Shown: piece after piece, positions 20,531 to 28,822 of the stretch
Layout: each line of letters starts with the position of its first letter
Position numbering within the stretch: the stretch's first letter is position 1
Origin: an uncultured Clostridia bacterium
GTDB taxonomy: Bacteria; Bacillota; Clostridia; Christensenellales; UBA1242
DNA: 64,000 nt
Reading direction: 5' to 3'
Assembly: GCA_934746715.1 (NCBI GenBank)
Contig: CAKVFI010000003.1
Coordinates: forward strand, 164,741-228,740
The notes under the pieces: generated by a model
What the model was told of the DNA's origin: nothing
Seen by the model: only the letters and a program-made list of their open reading frames with translations
Databases searched by the model: none
Translations under genes and position numbers: made by a program

Positions 20531-20568
20531 TTGCAAAAGCAACAAACAAAGTGTAAAATTGCCTTATA
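20531..20568 (+). promoter_or_regulatory. promoter fused to the start codon (leaderless geometry)
   Basis: TTGCAA, 17 nt spacer, TAAAAT (20554-20559), 9 nt, ATG 20569. No SD. Confidence 0.6.
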
Positions 20569-21708
20569 ATGAAGTTTAAGGCAATTTTTTATCCACTGAT
20601 TTGTGTGGCTATTGTTTTTGCAATTGCCAGTTTTTTGGTGGTTAAAAACAACATAGACAAATCACACTCACAAAAACATCAAACACAACTGGTTCAACAA
20701 ATTAATGATGAAAATTTGCCACCAAAAACAGATAACAACACTCAGCACAAAAACTCTGGGGAAACAACCATAAATGATTCTGACAAAAATCAAAGAATCA
20801 TTTCAGACAACGATGATAAGGACAACACAACAGATAGCAATAAATTAGAAAACCCATTTAACGAAGATAATGCAGATGACGATGATAAAGTTCTGCCAAC
20901 CGAACCAAAGCAAGAGTTTGTAAAAGATTTAAAATTGAATTGCAACTCAACAATTGAAATGGCGATTAACGAAACTGTGGTTTTAAAGGATTATTTAATA
21001 GTTGAACCTAAAAAATTTTTTAACGCCACAAAAATCAAAATTACAAATGGCAACGAGCCAACAAATGACTTAACTTTTAAAAATGGAACAATCTCTGCAA
21101 CAAAAATTGGGTGTTACAAAATTAGTTTTAGCATCAACGTAGGCAAAACAGAAATTAAAACAGAAGTTTTAACAATTATTGTAAAAGAAAAGTGCTCATA
21201 CATCGAATTAAAAACAAACAAACTTGAACTTGGCAAAACTTATAGCATTGATGATATAATTAACAACAAAACAGCAGGCGAAGTCAGCCTTAATTTTGAC
21301 AAAAAATATCTACGTTTTAAAAACAACAAATTAACAACATTAAAGGCGGGCAGCACAATTATTGAAATTTGTGTAACAAATGAAAATATGTTTTGTTATT
21401 TTGACTTTGACATTATTATCTTTAAACCAACTGTTTGCAATATTGTGTTGCCAGATTATGCCAACAAAAACAAAATTGAAACCAACAAAAATATGCTGGG
21501 CATAAATTATCAAATAATGTATGGCGACGCAGAATATGTTGACCAAACAATACTTGCAGAATTAAGTGATGAGTCAGTTGCAAGAATAATGTTTTCAGAT
21601 GCTCCAATGATTTACATCAAAAAACTTTCAAAGGGCAGTGTAACCTTAAAATTAACAAGTGTGGCAGATCCAACAATCACAAAAACGATAGTGATTGTGT
21701 TTAACTAA
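20569..21708 (+). CDS. hypothetical membrane-anchored surface protein (N-terminal TM, D/N/K-rich linker, beta-rich Ig-like C-terminal part)
   Basis: TM segment FYPLICVAIVFAIASFLVV, a low-complexity acidic region, then repeated beta-strand-like segments. No catalytic motif seen. Confidence 0.55.
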   Translation: MKFKAIFYPLICVAIVFAIASFLVVKNNIDKSHSQKHQTQLVQQINDENLPPKTDNNTQHKNSGETTINDSDKNQRIISDNDDKDNTTDSNKLENPFNEDNADDDDKVLPTEPKQEFVKDLKLNCNSTIEMAINETVVLKDYLIVEPKKFFNATKIKITNGNEPTNDLTFKNGTISATKIGCYKISFSINVGKTEIKTEVLTIIVKEKCSYIELKTNKLELGKTYSIDDIINNKTAGEVSLNFDKKYLRFKNNKLTTLKAGSTIIEICVTNENMFCYFDFDIIIFKPTVCNIVLPDYANKNKIETNKNMLGINYQIMYGDAEYVDQTILAELSDESVARIMFSDAPMIYIKKLSKGSVTLKLTSVADPTITKTIVIVFN

Positions 21709-21741
21709 AAACTGATAAATATTCATTTTTAAAACTCAATC

Positions 21742-21772
21742 AAAAAAATGCCTAATAGTTAGGCATTTTTTG
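21742..21772. terminator. bidirectional terminator shared by the surface-protein gene and the TrmH-family gene
   Basis: A7-ATGCCTAA-tag-TTAGGCAT-T6. The hairpin overlaps the last codons of the minus-strand gene. Confidence 0.8.
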
Positions 21773-22469
21773 TAAAGTGATATTCAGCCATTGCAACACT
21801 GATTGCCAAGTTGAAGGAATCAACATCTTTTGATTGCTTAATCTTGATTTTTGTGCCCATGTTGGCAACTTTGTCTGGCAAACCTGTTGCTTCGTTGCCA
21901 AAAACAAGGGTAAATGGCTTTTCGTTGTCAACTTGTGTTTGTTGCAAATATTGTTTTCCGTCAAGGCAAAAAGTAAAAATTTGGTTGTTTTTAAACTTTG
22001 CAACATAACTTTCAAAATCGTCAAACAATTCAATATTCAACTTAAAAATTGCCCCCATTGACGCACGCACCACTTTTGGATTGAATATATCTGCACAAGG
22101 GGTAACAAGTGCTATATTTTTAATGCCTAGTCCAAGTGATGTTCTAAAAATAGTGCCCAAATTGCCCATGTCGCTTGGGTTTACCAAAGCAAGATGATTG
22201 CCAGCATTAAGTGTTTGAATATATTTGTTGAACTCACACACAATATGCACATTTTCCTTGCCGGACAAACTTTCCACAAACTTTGTGCGTTCAAGCAATT
22301 CAATATTATTCTTTTTGCAAAAATCAAAAAGAGCAACAACATCTTCTGTCATTTTAATGTTTTTTGTGTAATATACGCCAACAACATGGTTTGGCATGGT
22401 GTTAACAATCTCGTATGTTGCAAACATACCGATTGCAAAACTTGTTTTGTCATTTTTATCATATTTCAT
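21759..22469 (-). CDS. TrmH/SpoU-family RNA 2'-O-methyltransferase
   Basis: NPSDMGNLGTIFRTSLGLG and LVFGNEATGLP motifs. I take the start at ATG 22469 (MKYDKND) rather than the track's TTG at 22487. Confidence 0.85.
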   Translation of the reverse strand: MKYDKNDKTSFAIGMFATYEIVNTMPNHVVGVYYTKNIKMTEDVVALFDFCKKNNIELLERTKFVESLSGKENVHIVCEFNKYIQTLNAGNHLALVNPSDMGNLGTIFRTSLGLGIKNIALVTPCADIFNPKVVRASMGAIFKLNIELFDDFESYVAKFKNNQIFTFCLDGKQYLQQTQVDNEKPFTLVFGNEATGLPDKVANMGTKIKIKQSKDVDSFNLAISVAMAEYHFTKNA

Positions 22470-22504
22470 AAAATGATAATACACCAAATCAAAATATTTT
22501 TCAA
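22470..22504 (-). promoter_or_regulatory. promoter fused to the start codon (leaderless geometry)
   Basis: Minus strand: TTGAAA (22504-22499), 17 nt spacer, TATTAT (22481-22476), 6 nt, ATG 22469. Confidence 0.7.
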
Positions 22505-22532
22505 CTGTAAGCTGTTAAAAAAGCAAAAAAAA

Positions 22533-22608
22533 TGGAGCTGATGGCCGGACTTGAACCGGCGACCTATTGATTACGAATCAATTGCACTACCGACTGTGCT
22601 ACATCAGC
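22533..22608 (-). tRNA. tRNA-Thr (anticodon CGT), CCA encoded
   Basis: Cloverleaf read by hand: GCTGATG/TA/GCAC-AGTCGGTA-GTGC/A/ATTGA-TTCGTAA-TCAAT/AGGTC/GCCGG-TTCAAGT-CCGGC/CATCAGC/T/CCA. Confidence 0.9.
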
Positions 22609-22752
22609 ATAAATATTAAGATGTTAATGGGGCGTCGGTAGTGCAAGCACTTCCATCGCTTACGCTCACTCGTTGCCATGCGGCACCGCTACAACATGCC
22701 AATTGTGGCATATTGCTTAACGCTACTCGCCAACTGTGCTACATCAGCATAA
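22593..22752 (-). repeat. 20-nt direct repeat of the tRNA-Thr 5' end (plus 4 leader nt) flanking a GC-rich insert of about 120 nt
   Basis: ACTGTGCTACATCAGCATAA occurs at 22593-22612 and 22733-22752, a period of 140 bp. Confidence 0.85.
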
Positions 22753-22763
22753 TCTACTTTGAT

Positions 22764-22792
22764 ATATTAACAAATTAGCGCCAATTTTACAA
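22764..22792 (-). promoter_or_regulatory. promoter upstream of the truncated tRNA-Thr 5' copy
   Basis: Minus strand: TTGTAA (22792-22787), 17 nt spacer, TAATAT (22769-22764), 15 nt before the distal GCTGATG. Confidence 0.6.
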
Positions 22793-22850
22793 TAATTTTA
22801 ATTAACTTTTGCAAATTTTTTGTTTAAAACAGCAATTTGTGCCCATTTAG

Positions 22851-22885
22851 TTGCGATAATTTTGCAGTTTTGCTAAAATAAAAAT
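22851..22885 (+). promoter_or_regulatory. promoter fused to the start codon (leaderless geometry)
   Basis: TTGCGA, 17 nt spacer, TAAAAT (22874-22879), 6 nt, ATG 22886. No SD. Confidence 0.6.
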
Positions 22886-24223
22886 ATGCTAATTAAAATT
22901 ATATTAATTTTATTGCTGATGTTTGTGTTGATCACAATGTCTGCAGCAATGATTATTTTTGAGCGTGATAAACCACGCTCAATTGTTTTGTGGTTGGCAT
23001 TGTTTGTTTGCACATCTCTTGTTGGTGGGGCAATATATTTAACATCAAAAGTTATTTATTACAAAAAGCGCAATTCTCTCAATGTTAAAGATAAAGAAGA
23101 CCAAATTTATGAGTCACTTGTTAGCAAACAACTTTTGCCACAAAACAACAAATTTAATGATGATTACTTTATGTTTAACCAATTGGGTTACAATGCAAAT
23201 GTTTATCAAAACAATTGTTGTGAATTTTTTCATACCTATGCCAAATTTAAAGAAAACTTGTTGCGTGAAATTGCTGGGGCAAAGGACTACATAATTTTTG
23301 AAGTTACTCAACTTAAAGTACGCGATTTGGAGTGGATTAAAGAGCCATTAACAAAAAAATTGGCTGCTGGTGTTGTTGTTAAAATTATTTACGACAAAAA
23401 CATCAACAAAAAGATTAAAAAAGAACTTATTGCCGCAGGAGCAAAGGTTTACAGATTCAACAAATTGCAAACATTGGACAATAAATTTGTTAACAGGCGA
23501 AATGTTGTGATTGTTGACGGAACAACTGCATACATTGGCAAAATTGATTTAAAACCTTGCCAGGAAAAAGAAAAGTGCATTGTTTCCAATATGATTGTTA
23601 AATTTAAGGGCGAAATTGTGCAAGCAATTGATTTGTCGGCTCACAAAGATGTTGTTTTTGCCAGTGGCAAATATATGGAATACAAAGCACCCAAATTTGA
23701 GCAAACAAAAGCACAAGTTCAAATGCAATATATAAGTAATTCAACTGCTCAAGGTTTGGACTTGGCACTTATCAAAGCAATTTGCATGGCAAAAGAGTCA
23801 ATTCAAATTCAAGTTGAAGAATTTATTCCAACTGAAAGTATTATGTCGCTTTTAAAATTCGCGCTTAATTCAAACATCGATGTTAGATTGATGATACCAA
23901 TGAAGTCAGAAGATAGCAGCCGCTATTATGCTTCTCGTGCATATGCAAAAGAACTTGCCTTATATGGTGCAAATTGCTATCTTTATGACGGATATATTAG
24001 GTTTAATTCAATTGTCATAGACTCCCAATACGGGCTATATGGTTCATTTACACTCAATCAAGGCTTGATAAACGAAAGTTTGCAAGATGTTGTTATAATC
24101 AACGATGAAAAGGCAATAACGCACTTAAACAGAACATTTGATGTTAGCGTGGACAATAGTTATCGCATTAATGATGCAAAATTTTTGTTGTTAAGGGAAA
24201 AATTCTTTAAAAACTTTGTGTAA
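22886..24223 (+). CDS. cardiolipin synthase-like (two PLD domains) membrane protein with degenerate HKD motifs
   Basis: Cls-type N-terminus (two TM, IIFERDKPRSIVLWL). The two PLD repeats read NRRNVVIVDG and IRFNSIVIDS, i.e. RxNxxxxD instead of HxKxxxxD. Confidence 0.75.
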   Translation: MLIKIILILLLMFVLITMSAAMIIFERDKPRSIVLWLALFVCTSLVGGAIYLTSKVIYYKKRNSLNVKDKEDQIYESLVSKQLLPQNNKFNDDYFMFNQLGYNANVYQNNCCEFFHTYAKFKENLLREIAGAKDYIIFEVTQLKVRDLEWIKEPLTKKLAAGVVVKIIYDKNINKKIKKELIAAGAKVYRFNKLQTLDNKFVNRRNVVIVDGTTAYIGKIDLKPCQEKEKCIVSNMIVKFKGEIVQAIDLSAHKDVVFASGKYMEYKAPKFEQTKAQVQMQYISNSTAQGLDLALIKAICMAKESIQIQVEEFIPTESIMSLLKFALNSNIDVRLMIPMKSEDSSRYYASRAYAKELALYGANCYLYDGYIRFNSIVIDSQYGLYGSFTLNQGLINESLQDVVIINDEKAITHLNRTFDVSVDNSYRINDAKFLLLREKFFKNFV

Positions 24224-24241
24224 ACAATTAAAAGGGTAGAT

Positions 24242-25096
24242 ATGGAACAAAATCAACCAATTTTTGGCGTTGCTGGCACACCAACCAACTTTAAAGGCAA
24301 ATTTAAAGATTTGTTTGCATGGCTGCGCGATATGGGGCTTAATGCGTACGAAATTCAATGTGTGTATGGCTTTAAAGCAAGTGACGCCAACAAGGAAATA
24401 TATTTAAAAGAACGCCAAAACGGCATGCATTTTTCCATTCACGCACCTTATTATGTAAATTTGGGCAGCAAAAATGCTCCAAGTGTTGAAAAAAGCAAAG
24501 AGTATATGCGTCAAGGCATTGAATTTGCAAAATCAATTAATGTCAACCGCATAATTTTTCACCCGGGCGGTGGGCACGACAACACACCAGAAGGCAGGCG
24601 CGTGGCAATCAAACAACTTATTGACGCAATCAACGAAATCGCATCGTCAACAGACATGGGAGATGTTCGTTTTTACCCAGAAATTGGCGGCAAAACAGCA
24701 AACCTTGGCTCTCTTGATGAAATTATTGAAATATGCAAACAATGCCCATATTGTTATCCTTGCATTGATATTGCACATTTGCATGCCCGCGAAGTTGGCA
24801 GTTTAACAGACAAACAAGCAATCCGCGATAGATTGCAAAAAATCAAAGAAGAAATACCAGAAAAATTTGAGCATATTCATTTTCACGCTTACACAATTCA
24901 ATATAACGACAAGGGAGAAATGCATCATTTGGTTCATGGGCAAAACATGGCAGACGGCAGCGTTGGCAAGCCAGATTTAAAGGAGTTTGTTGAAGTGTTG
25001 CACGAGATGAACATTACTCCTTGGGTTATCAGTGAAGCAAGCGATAGCCAAGAGATTGGTGCAAAATATATGCGCGATTTGTATTTTGGCAAGTAA
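24242..25096 (+). CDS. xylose-isomerase-like TIM-barrel protein, AP endonuclease family 2 / endonuclease IV-like
   Basis: SIHAPYYVNLGS, RIIFHPGG, PEIGGK and IDIAHLHA match the spacing of the endo IV metal-ligand blocks. Assignment by motif only. Confidence 0.6.
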   Translation: MEQNQPIFGVAGTPTNFKGKFKDLFAWLRDMGLNAYEIQCVYGFKASDANKEIYLKERQNGMHFSIHAPYYVNLGSKNAPSVEKSKEYMRQGIEFAKSINVNRIIFHPGGGHDNTPEGRRVAIKQLIDAINEIASSTDMGDVRFYPEIGGKTANLGSLDEIIEICKQCPYCYPCIDIAHLHAREVGSLTDKQAIRDRLQKIKEEIPEKFEHIHFHAYTIQYNDKGEMHHLVHGQNMADGSVGKPDLKEFVEVLHEMNITPWVISEASDSQEIGAKYMRDLYFGK

Positions 25097-25121
25097 AAAT
25101 AATATAAAAATCAATATCCAT

Positions 25122-25952
25122 ATGCAAAAAATTGAATTTGAAGTTAAAACAGACAAAAAGTTAGTTAAGGCAATTATTGATGAATTGCCTTTTCTTTCTC
25201 GCTTTGATGTTGCAAAAATTTTGGCAAACAAAGATGTTAAAGTTAACAATGTGCGCACAAAAGAAGACATAGATTTGCATTCTGGCGACAAATTGGTTGT
25301 TTTTTACACAGAAAAACAGCAAAAAGAGTGGTACACTTTGGTTTATGCAGATGACAATGTGCTTGTTGTAAACAAACGCGCAGGCATTGAAGTTGTGAGT
25401 GAAACCGAACGCGACCTTGTGTCAGTTTTAAATCAAACATATGCCACAGTTTTACCCGTTCATCGCATAGACCGCAACACAGAAGGACTTGTTGTTTTTG
25501 CTTTAAACAAAACAGCAGAACGCTCACTTTTGTCCGCTTTCAAAACGCGCAAGGGCATCATAAAAAAATATGCTTTGTTGGTGCATGGCAGGGTTGACTT
25601 AACAAAAATCAAACGCACAGTCTATTTAAAAAAAGTTGACACTTTAAGCAAAGTTTGGATAAGTGAACTTAAAACAACTGGGTATGAGCCCATTGTAACA
25701 GAATTTGATGTGGTTGAATACCGTGGAGAAAACACCCTTATGACTGCTAACCTTATAACAGGCAAAACACACCAAATCCGTGCGCATATAGCATATTATG
25801 GTTATCCAATAGTGGGGGACAATAAATATGGTAAGGACGGCGAAAAACAACTGCATTTAACAGCCAATTATCTGGCTTTTAAGTTTGACAAATGTTCGCC
25901 ACTTGCATATTTAAACACAAAAACTTTTGAAATTATACCAAGTTGGTTATAA
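25122..25952 (+). CDS. RluA-family pseudouridine synthase
   Basis: HRIDRNTEGLVVFA, GKTHQIRAH. I take the start at ATG 25122, because the track start at 25032 lies inside the previous gene. Confidence 0.88.
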   Translation: MQKIEFEVKTDKKLVKAIIDELPFLSRFDVAKILANKDVKVNNVRTKEDIDLHSGDKLVVFYTEKQQKEWYTLVYADDNVLVVNKRAGIEVVSETERDLVSVLNQTYATVLPVHRIDRNTEGLVVFALNKTAERSLLSAFKTRKGIIKKYALLVHGRVDLTKIKRTVYLKKVDTLSKVWISELKTTGYEPIVTEFDVVEYRGENTLMTANLITGKTHQIRAHIAYYGYPIVGDNKYGKDGEKQLHLTANYLAFKFDKCSPLAYLNTKTFEIIPSWL

Positions 25953-26128
25953 ACAAATTTTTGCTTTAACTTTTGTAAAACAATTGCAAATTAATAATAT
26001 TTCTAGGGTTTTAAATTCAAACAAAAATTTTGTTTAACCCAGATTATTGCATAAAATTTAAAATAAAAGATAAAACTTTAAACAAACATTAAAATTTTAA
26101 AAAAATACAAAAAAGTTAACTAAAACCA

Positions 26129-26157
26129 TTGACATTAATTTTAGAATATTGTAATAT
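26129..26157 (+). promoter_or_regulatory. sigma-A promoter of the tRNA cluster
   Basis: TTGACA (26129-26134), 17 nt spacer, TAATAT (26152-26157). Confidence 0.75.
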
Positions 26158-26171
26158 TAAAAAGTAATCGT

Positions 26172-26247
26172 CGGGGTGTAGCGCAGTTGGTAGCGCACGT
26201 GATTTGGGATCATGGGGCCGGGGGTTCGAGTCCCTTCACCCCGACCA
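26172..26247 (+). tRNA. tRNA-Pro (TGG)
   Basis: CGGGGTG...CACCCCG-A-CCA acceptor, anticodon loop TTTGGGA, T-loop TTCGAGT. Confidence 0.92.
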
Positions 26248-26304
26248 TTATCTGCATTGTGACGAGTGCAGATCACCTTGCTAGTTGTTTTAAGCAACGC
26301 ACAA

Positions 26305-26381
26305 GGGCCTTTAGCTCAGTTGGTTAGAGCAACCGGCTCATAACCGGTCGGTCCGCGGTTCAAGTCCGTGAAGGCCCACCA
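26305..26381 (+). tRNA. tRNA with CAT anticodon, probably tRNA-Ile2 (lysidine) rather than elongator Met
   Basis: GGGCCTT...AAGGCCC-A-CCA acceptor and an Ile-like body. Anticodon loop CTCATAA. Confidence 0.88.
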
Positions 26382-26412
26382 GCCCTAAAGGCAAACATCT
26401 TAATTTTAATTT

Positions 26413-26489
26413 GGCCCGGTAGCTCAGCTGGTTAGAGCGCCAGCCTGTCACGCTGGAGGTCGAGGGTTCGAGCCCCTTCCGGGTCGCCA
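26413..26489 (+). tRNA. tRNA-Asp (GTC)
   Basis: GGCCCGG...CCGGGTC-G-CCA acceptor. Anticodon loop CTGTCAC. Confidence 0.92.
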
Positions 26490-26495
26490 AATTAA

Positions 26496-26571
26496 GGCTC
26501 GATAGCTCAGTCGGTAGAGCAAAGGACTGAAAATCCTTGTGTCACTGGTTCGATTCCGGTTCGAGCCACCA
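26496..26571 (+). tRNA. tRNA-Phe (GAA)
   Basis: GGCTCGA...TCGAGCC-A-CCA acceptor. Anticodon loop CTGAAAA. Confidence 0.92.
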
Positions 26572-26594
26572 CACTTGTTAATTCAAGTGCGTAT

Positions 26595-26679
26595 GGAAGG
26601 GTTGCAGAGCGGCCAAATGCAACGGACTGTAAATCCGTCGACTTCGTCTTCGATGGTTCGAATCCATCCCCTTCCACCA
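26595..26679 (+). tRNA. tRNA-Tyr (GTA), long variable arm
   Basis: GGAAGGG...CCCTTCC-A-CCA acceptor. Anticodon loop CTGTAAA. 85 nt. Confidence 0.92.
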
Positions 26680-26707
26680 CTCCTAGTGGAAAGTGCAACA
26701 AATTTGT

Positions 26708-26736
26708 TTGACAAGCAAATTTAATTATGATATCAT
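26708..26736 (+). promoter_or_regulatory. internal promoter ahead of tRNA-Thr(TGT)
   Basis: TTGACA (26708-26713), 17 nt spacer, TATCAT (26731-26736). Confidence 0.6.
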
Positions 26737-26752
26737 ACAATCATCTAAATAT

Positions 26753-26827
26753 GCTAGTGTGGCTCAATGGCAGAGCAGCTGACTTGTAATCAGCAGGTTG
26801 ATGGTTCGACTCCATTCACTAGCTCCA
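26753..26827 (+). tRNA. tRNA-Thr (TGT)
   Basis: GCTAGTG...CACTAGC-T-CCA acceptor. Anticodon loop CTTGTAA. Confidence 0.92.
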
Positions 26828-26856
26828 AAAACTTCCAATAATGGGAGTTTTTTTGT
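26828..26856 (+). terminator. terminator of the tRNA cluster
   Basis: AACTTCC-aataat-GGGAGTT followed by T7. Confidence 0.8.
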
Positions 26857-26894
26857 TATCCAGTTGATTATCAATTTAAATATAGCTCAAATAT

Positions 26895-26929
26895 TTGATT
26901 ATTGAAAAAAAATCTGCTACACTAAAGTT
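26895..26929 (+). promoter_or_regulatory. promoter fused to the start codon (leaderless geometry)
   Basis: TTGATT (26895-26900), 17 nt spacer, TACACT (26918-26923), 6 nt, ATG 26930. No SD. Confidence 0.65.
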
Positions 26930-27961
26930 ATGAGTAAATGTGTTAGATGTGGTGGGGTTTTGTATTTTGACCCCAAAAGAAAAAGTAATGTGTGCGAAAG
27001 TTGTGGTGCAGCAGACCCTGTTAAATATAATTATGTTTTTAACAAAAAAGATTTTGACAAAGCACAACAAATGGAATCAGACCCTTTAGCAAAGGAATTG
27101 CAAACAGTTAAATGCAAATCGTGTGGTGCAAACATTTTGGTTAACAAGCAGGAAATGGTCAGCAAATGCATGTATTGTGGAAGTGAAACAATTTCGGCAT
27201 CAAGCAAAAAAACTATGATGTATATTGATTCAATTGTGCCATTCACTTTTGGCAAGGCTGATGCAGTTAACAAGTTTAAAAGGGCAGTAGCCACTCGTTT
27301 TTATGCCAACAAAAAGGTGTTTAAGGGTGTTTCATCACAAGATGTAACTGGTTTGTATGTTAATACTTTTGTTTTTGATTTTAACACAAATTCACATTAC
27401 AACGGCACGTTGTCCTACCAAAAATCAGTTAAAGATAGTGAAGGCAACACGCATTACGAAACAGTAACAAAAAATGTTTCTGGCAGTTTGGACAAGCTTT
27501 TTAAAAACCTTACTATTGAAGCAAATCCAAATTTAAACCAACGCGAATTATTGCAAATTATGCCTTTTGAATACACATCGGCAGTTGATTTCCAACAAGA
27601 TTTTATTAATGGCTATGTGATTGAATATCAAGACAAATTGTTTAACGAGTGTGTTGCAAATGCTGAACGTGTTGTTAAACGTGAGTTAGAGCGTGAAATT
27701 TTGAATAGATATGGCTGCGACACAATTGTTAGTTTGGATATAGACACAGAATATTTGGATAGGAAATATAATTACTGTCTGTTGCCTGTTTATATGTTTA
27801 ACAAAGAATATAAAGGGCAAAGATACAAAGCACTTATGAATGGGCAATCTGGCAAAGTTGGAGAATTGCCAACAGACAAACTGCGTGTGTTCTTAACCAT
27901 ATTATTTGCAGCAGTGATTGTGGTTGGAATAATTTTTTTGGTTATATTTTTGTCAAAATAA
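26930..27961 (+). CDS. hypothetical double zinc-ribbon protein with C-terminal TM anchor
   Basis: CVRCGG..CESCG and CKSCGA..CMYCGS pairs, a domain of about 230 aa with no motif I recognise, and the C-terminal TM LTILFAAVIVVGIIFLVIFL. Confidence 0.65.
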   Translation: MSKCVRCGGVLYFDPKRKSNVCESCGAADPVKYNYVFNKKDFDKAQQMESDPLAKELQTVKCKSCGANILVNKQEMVSKCMYCGSETISASSKKTMMYIDSIVPFTFGKADAVNKFKRAVATRFYANKKVFKGVSSQDVTGLYVNTFVFDFNTNSHYNGTLSYQKSVKDSEGNTHYETVTKNVSGSLDKLFKNLTIEANPNLNQRELLQIMPFEYTSAVDFQQDFINGYVIEYQDKLFNECVANAERVVKRELEREILNRYGCDTIVSLDIDTEYLDRKYNYCLLPVYMFNKEYKGQRYKALMNGQSGKVGELPTDKLRVFLTILFAAVIVVGIIFLVIFLSK

Positions 27962-27995
27962 CAGACTTTACAATTCAACATAAATCAACAATAAA

Positions 27996-28030
27996 TGATG
28001 ACATTATTACAAATGTTATCATTTTTTTTA
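27996..28030 (+). terminator. terminator after the zinc-ribbon gene
   Basis: TGATGACAT-tattacaa-ATGTTATCA followed by T8. Confidence 0.7.
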
Positions 28031-28068
28031 TGCTGCAATTTGTTAGTATGCTTTCAAGGAGGAAGCGT

Positions 28069-28380
28069 ATGCAAATTAAGTCGAGGATTATGAACAAAAC
28101 CTTGTACATTTTGCTTTCAGGGGAATTGGACGAATGCACTGCAAAAACCGTCCGCAAGGAAATGGACACATTGCTGGACACGGAAAAAGGATATGTCCAA
28201 ATTGTGTTGGATTTAAGCGAATTGAGTTTTATGGACAGCACAGGCGTTGGCGTGCTTATTGGGAGATATAAAAAAATGAGAGAATACAACAAACCGATAT
28301 TCATCTCAAACCCAAGCAGAAACGCAGAACGAATTTTTAAAATGTCTGGATTGTATGAGATTATGCCAAAGATAGTGTGA
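28069..28380 (+). CDS. spoIIAA: anti-sigma F factor antagonist SpoIIAA (STAS)
   Basis: ATG 28069 lies behind AAGGAGG. DLSELSFMDSTGVGVL carries the phosphorylatable Ser. Followed by spoIIAB and sigF. Confidence 0.93.
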   Translation: MQIKSRIMNKTLYILLSGELDECTAKTVRKEMDTLLDTEKGYVQIVLDLSELSFMDSTGVGVLIGRYKKMREYNKPIFISNPSRNAERIFKMSGLYEIMPKIV

Positions 28381-28393
28381 TATGGGGGAAAAT

Positions 28394-28822
28394 ATGAAAA
28401 ATATGATGGAATTAAAATTTAAGGCTTTGCCAGAAAATGAAAGTTTTGCGCGTTCAGTTGCTGCTGGTTTTTTGATGCAAATGAATCCTACATTGGAAGA
28501 AATTGAAGATGTTAAAACAGCAGTTAGCGAAGCGGTTACAAACTCAATTGTACACGCCTATCCAACAAAACCGGGATTTGTAACATTAAAAATGAGCATT
28601 AAGGACAACACGGTTCAAATTTCGGTTATCGACAACGGAATAGGCATTGTTGATATCAAAAAGGCATTAAGTCCATTTTACACATCAAAACCAGAGCAAG
28701 AACGCAGCGGCATGGGATTTACTGTTATTGAGGCGTTTATGGACGCTTTGGAGGTTAAAAACAGCAAAGAAGGTCTTGTTGTTAATATGACAAAAAAAAT
28801 ATTGTCTGCCGAGGCGTGTTAG
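28394..28822 (+). CDS. spoIIAB: anti-sigma F factor / Ser kinase SpoIIAB
   Basis: MKNMMELKF...NESFARS...EAVTNSIVHAY...DNGIGI...SGMGFTV. I prefer the start at 28394 (GGGGGA SD) to the track start at 28382. Confidence 0.93.
   Translation: MKNMMELKFKALPENESFARSVAAGFLMQMNPTLEEIEDVKTAVSEAVTNSIVHAYPTKPGFVTLKMSIKDNTVQISVIDNGIGIVDIKKALSPFYTSKPEQERSGMGFTVIEAFMDALEVKNSKEGLVVNMTKKILSAEAC

Noticed and set aside
22621-22748. A second intact tRNA, tmRNA, SRP RNA or other known RNA in the GC-rich segment upstream of tRNA-Thr
   Set aside because: There is no T-loop (GGTTCRANYC), no acceptor pairing and no SRP or tmRNA signature on either strand. Only a truncated tRNA 5' end and repeat-family sequence are recognisable.
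24448-24460. Match to the conserved XerD arm of the canonical Firmicute dif (TTATTATGTAAAT versus ...ATTATGTAAACT)
   Set aside because: It lies inside the endonuclease-IV-like CDS (HAPYYVNLG). The remaining 17 nt of a 28-bp dif do not match. I found no other convincing canonical dif by eye.
25032-25121. Upstream starts proposed by the ORF track (8980 secF, 15087 ytfJ, 25032 rluA-like, 28030 spoIIAA, 31708 spoVAD, 32747 spoVAE, 60991-61068 holA, 43325-43366 PadR, 44120-44152 lexA, 45656 serS, 51922-51951 mutL)
   Set aside because: In every case the extension overlaps the preceding gene or intergenic signals. An internal ATG preceded by a good SD, or a family-typical N-terminus, fits better.
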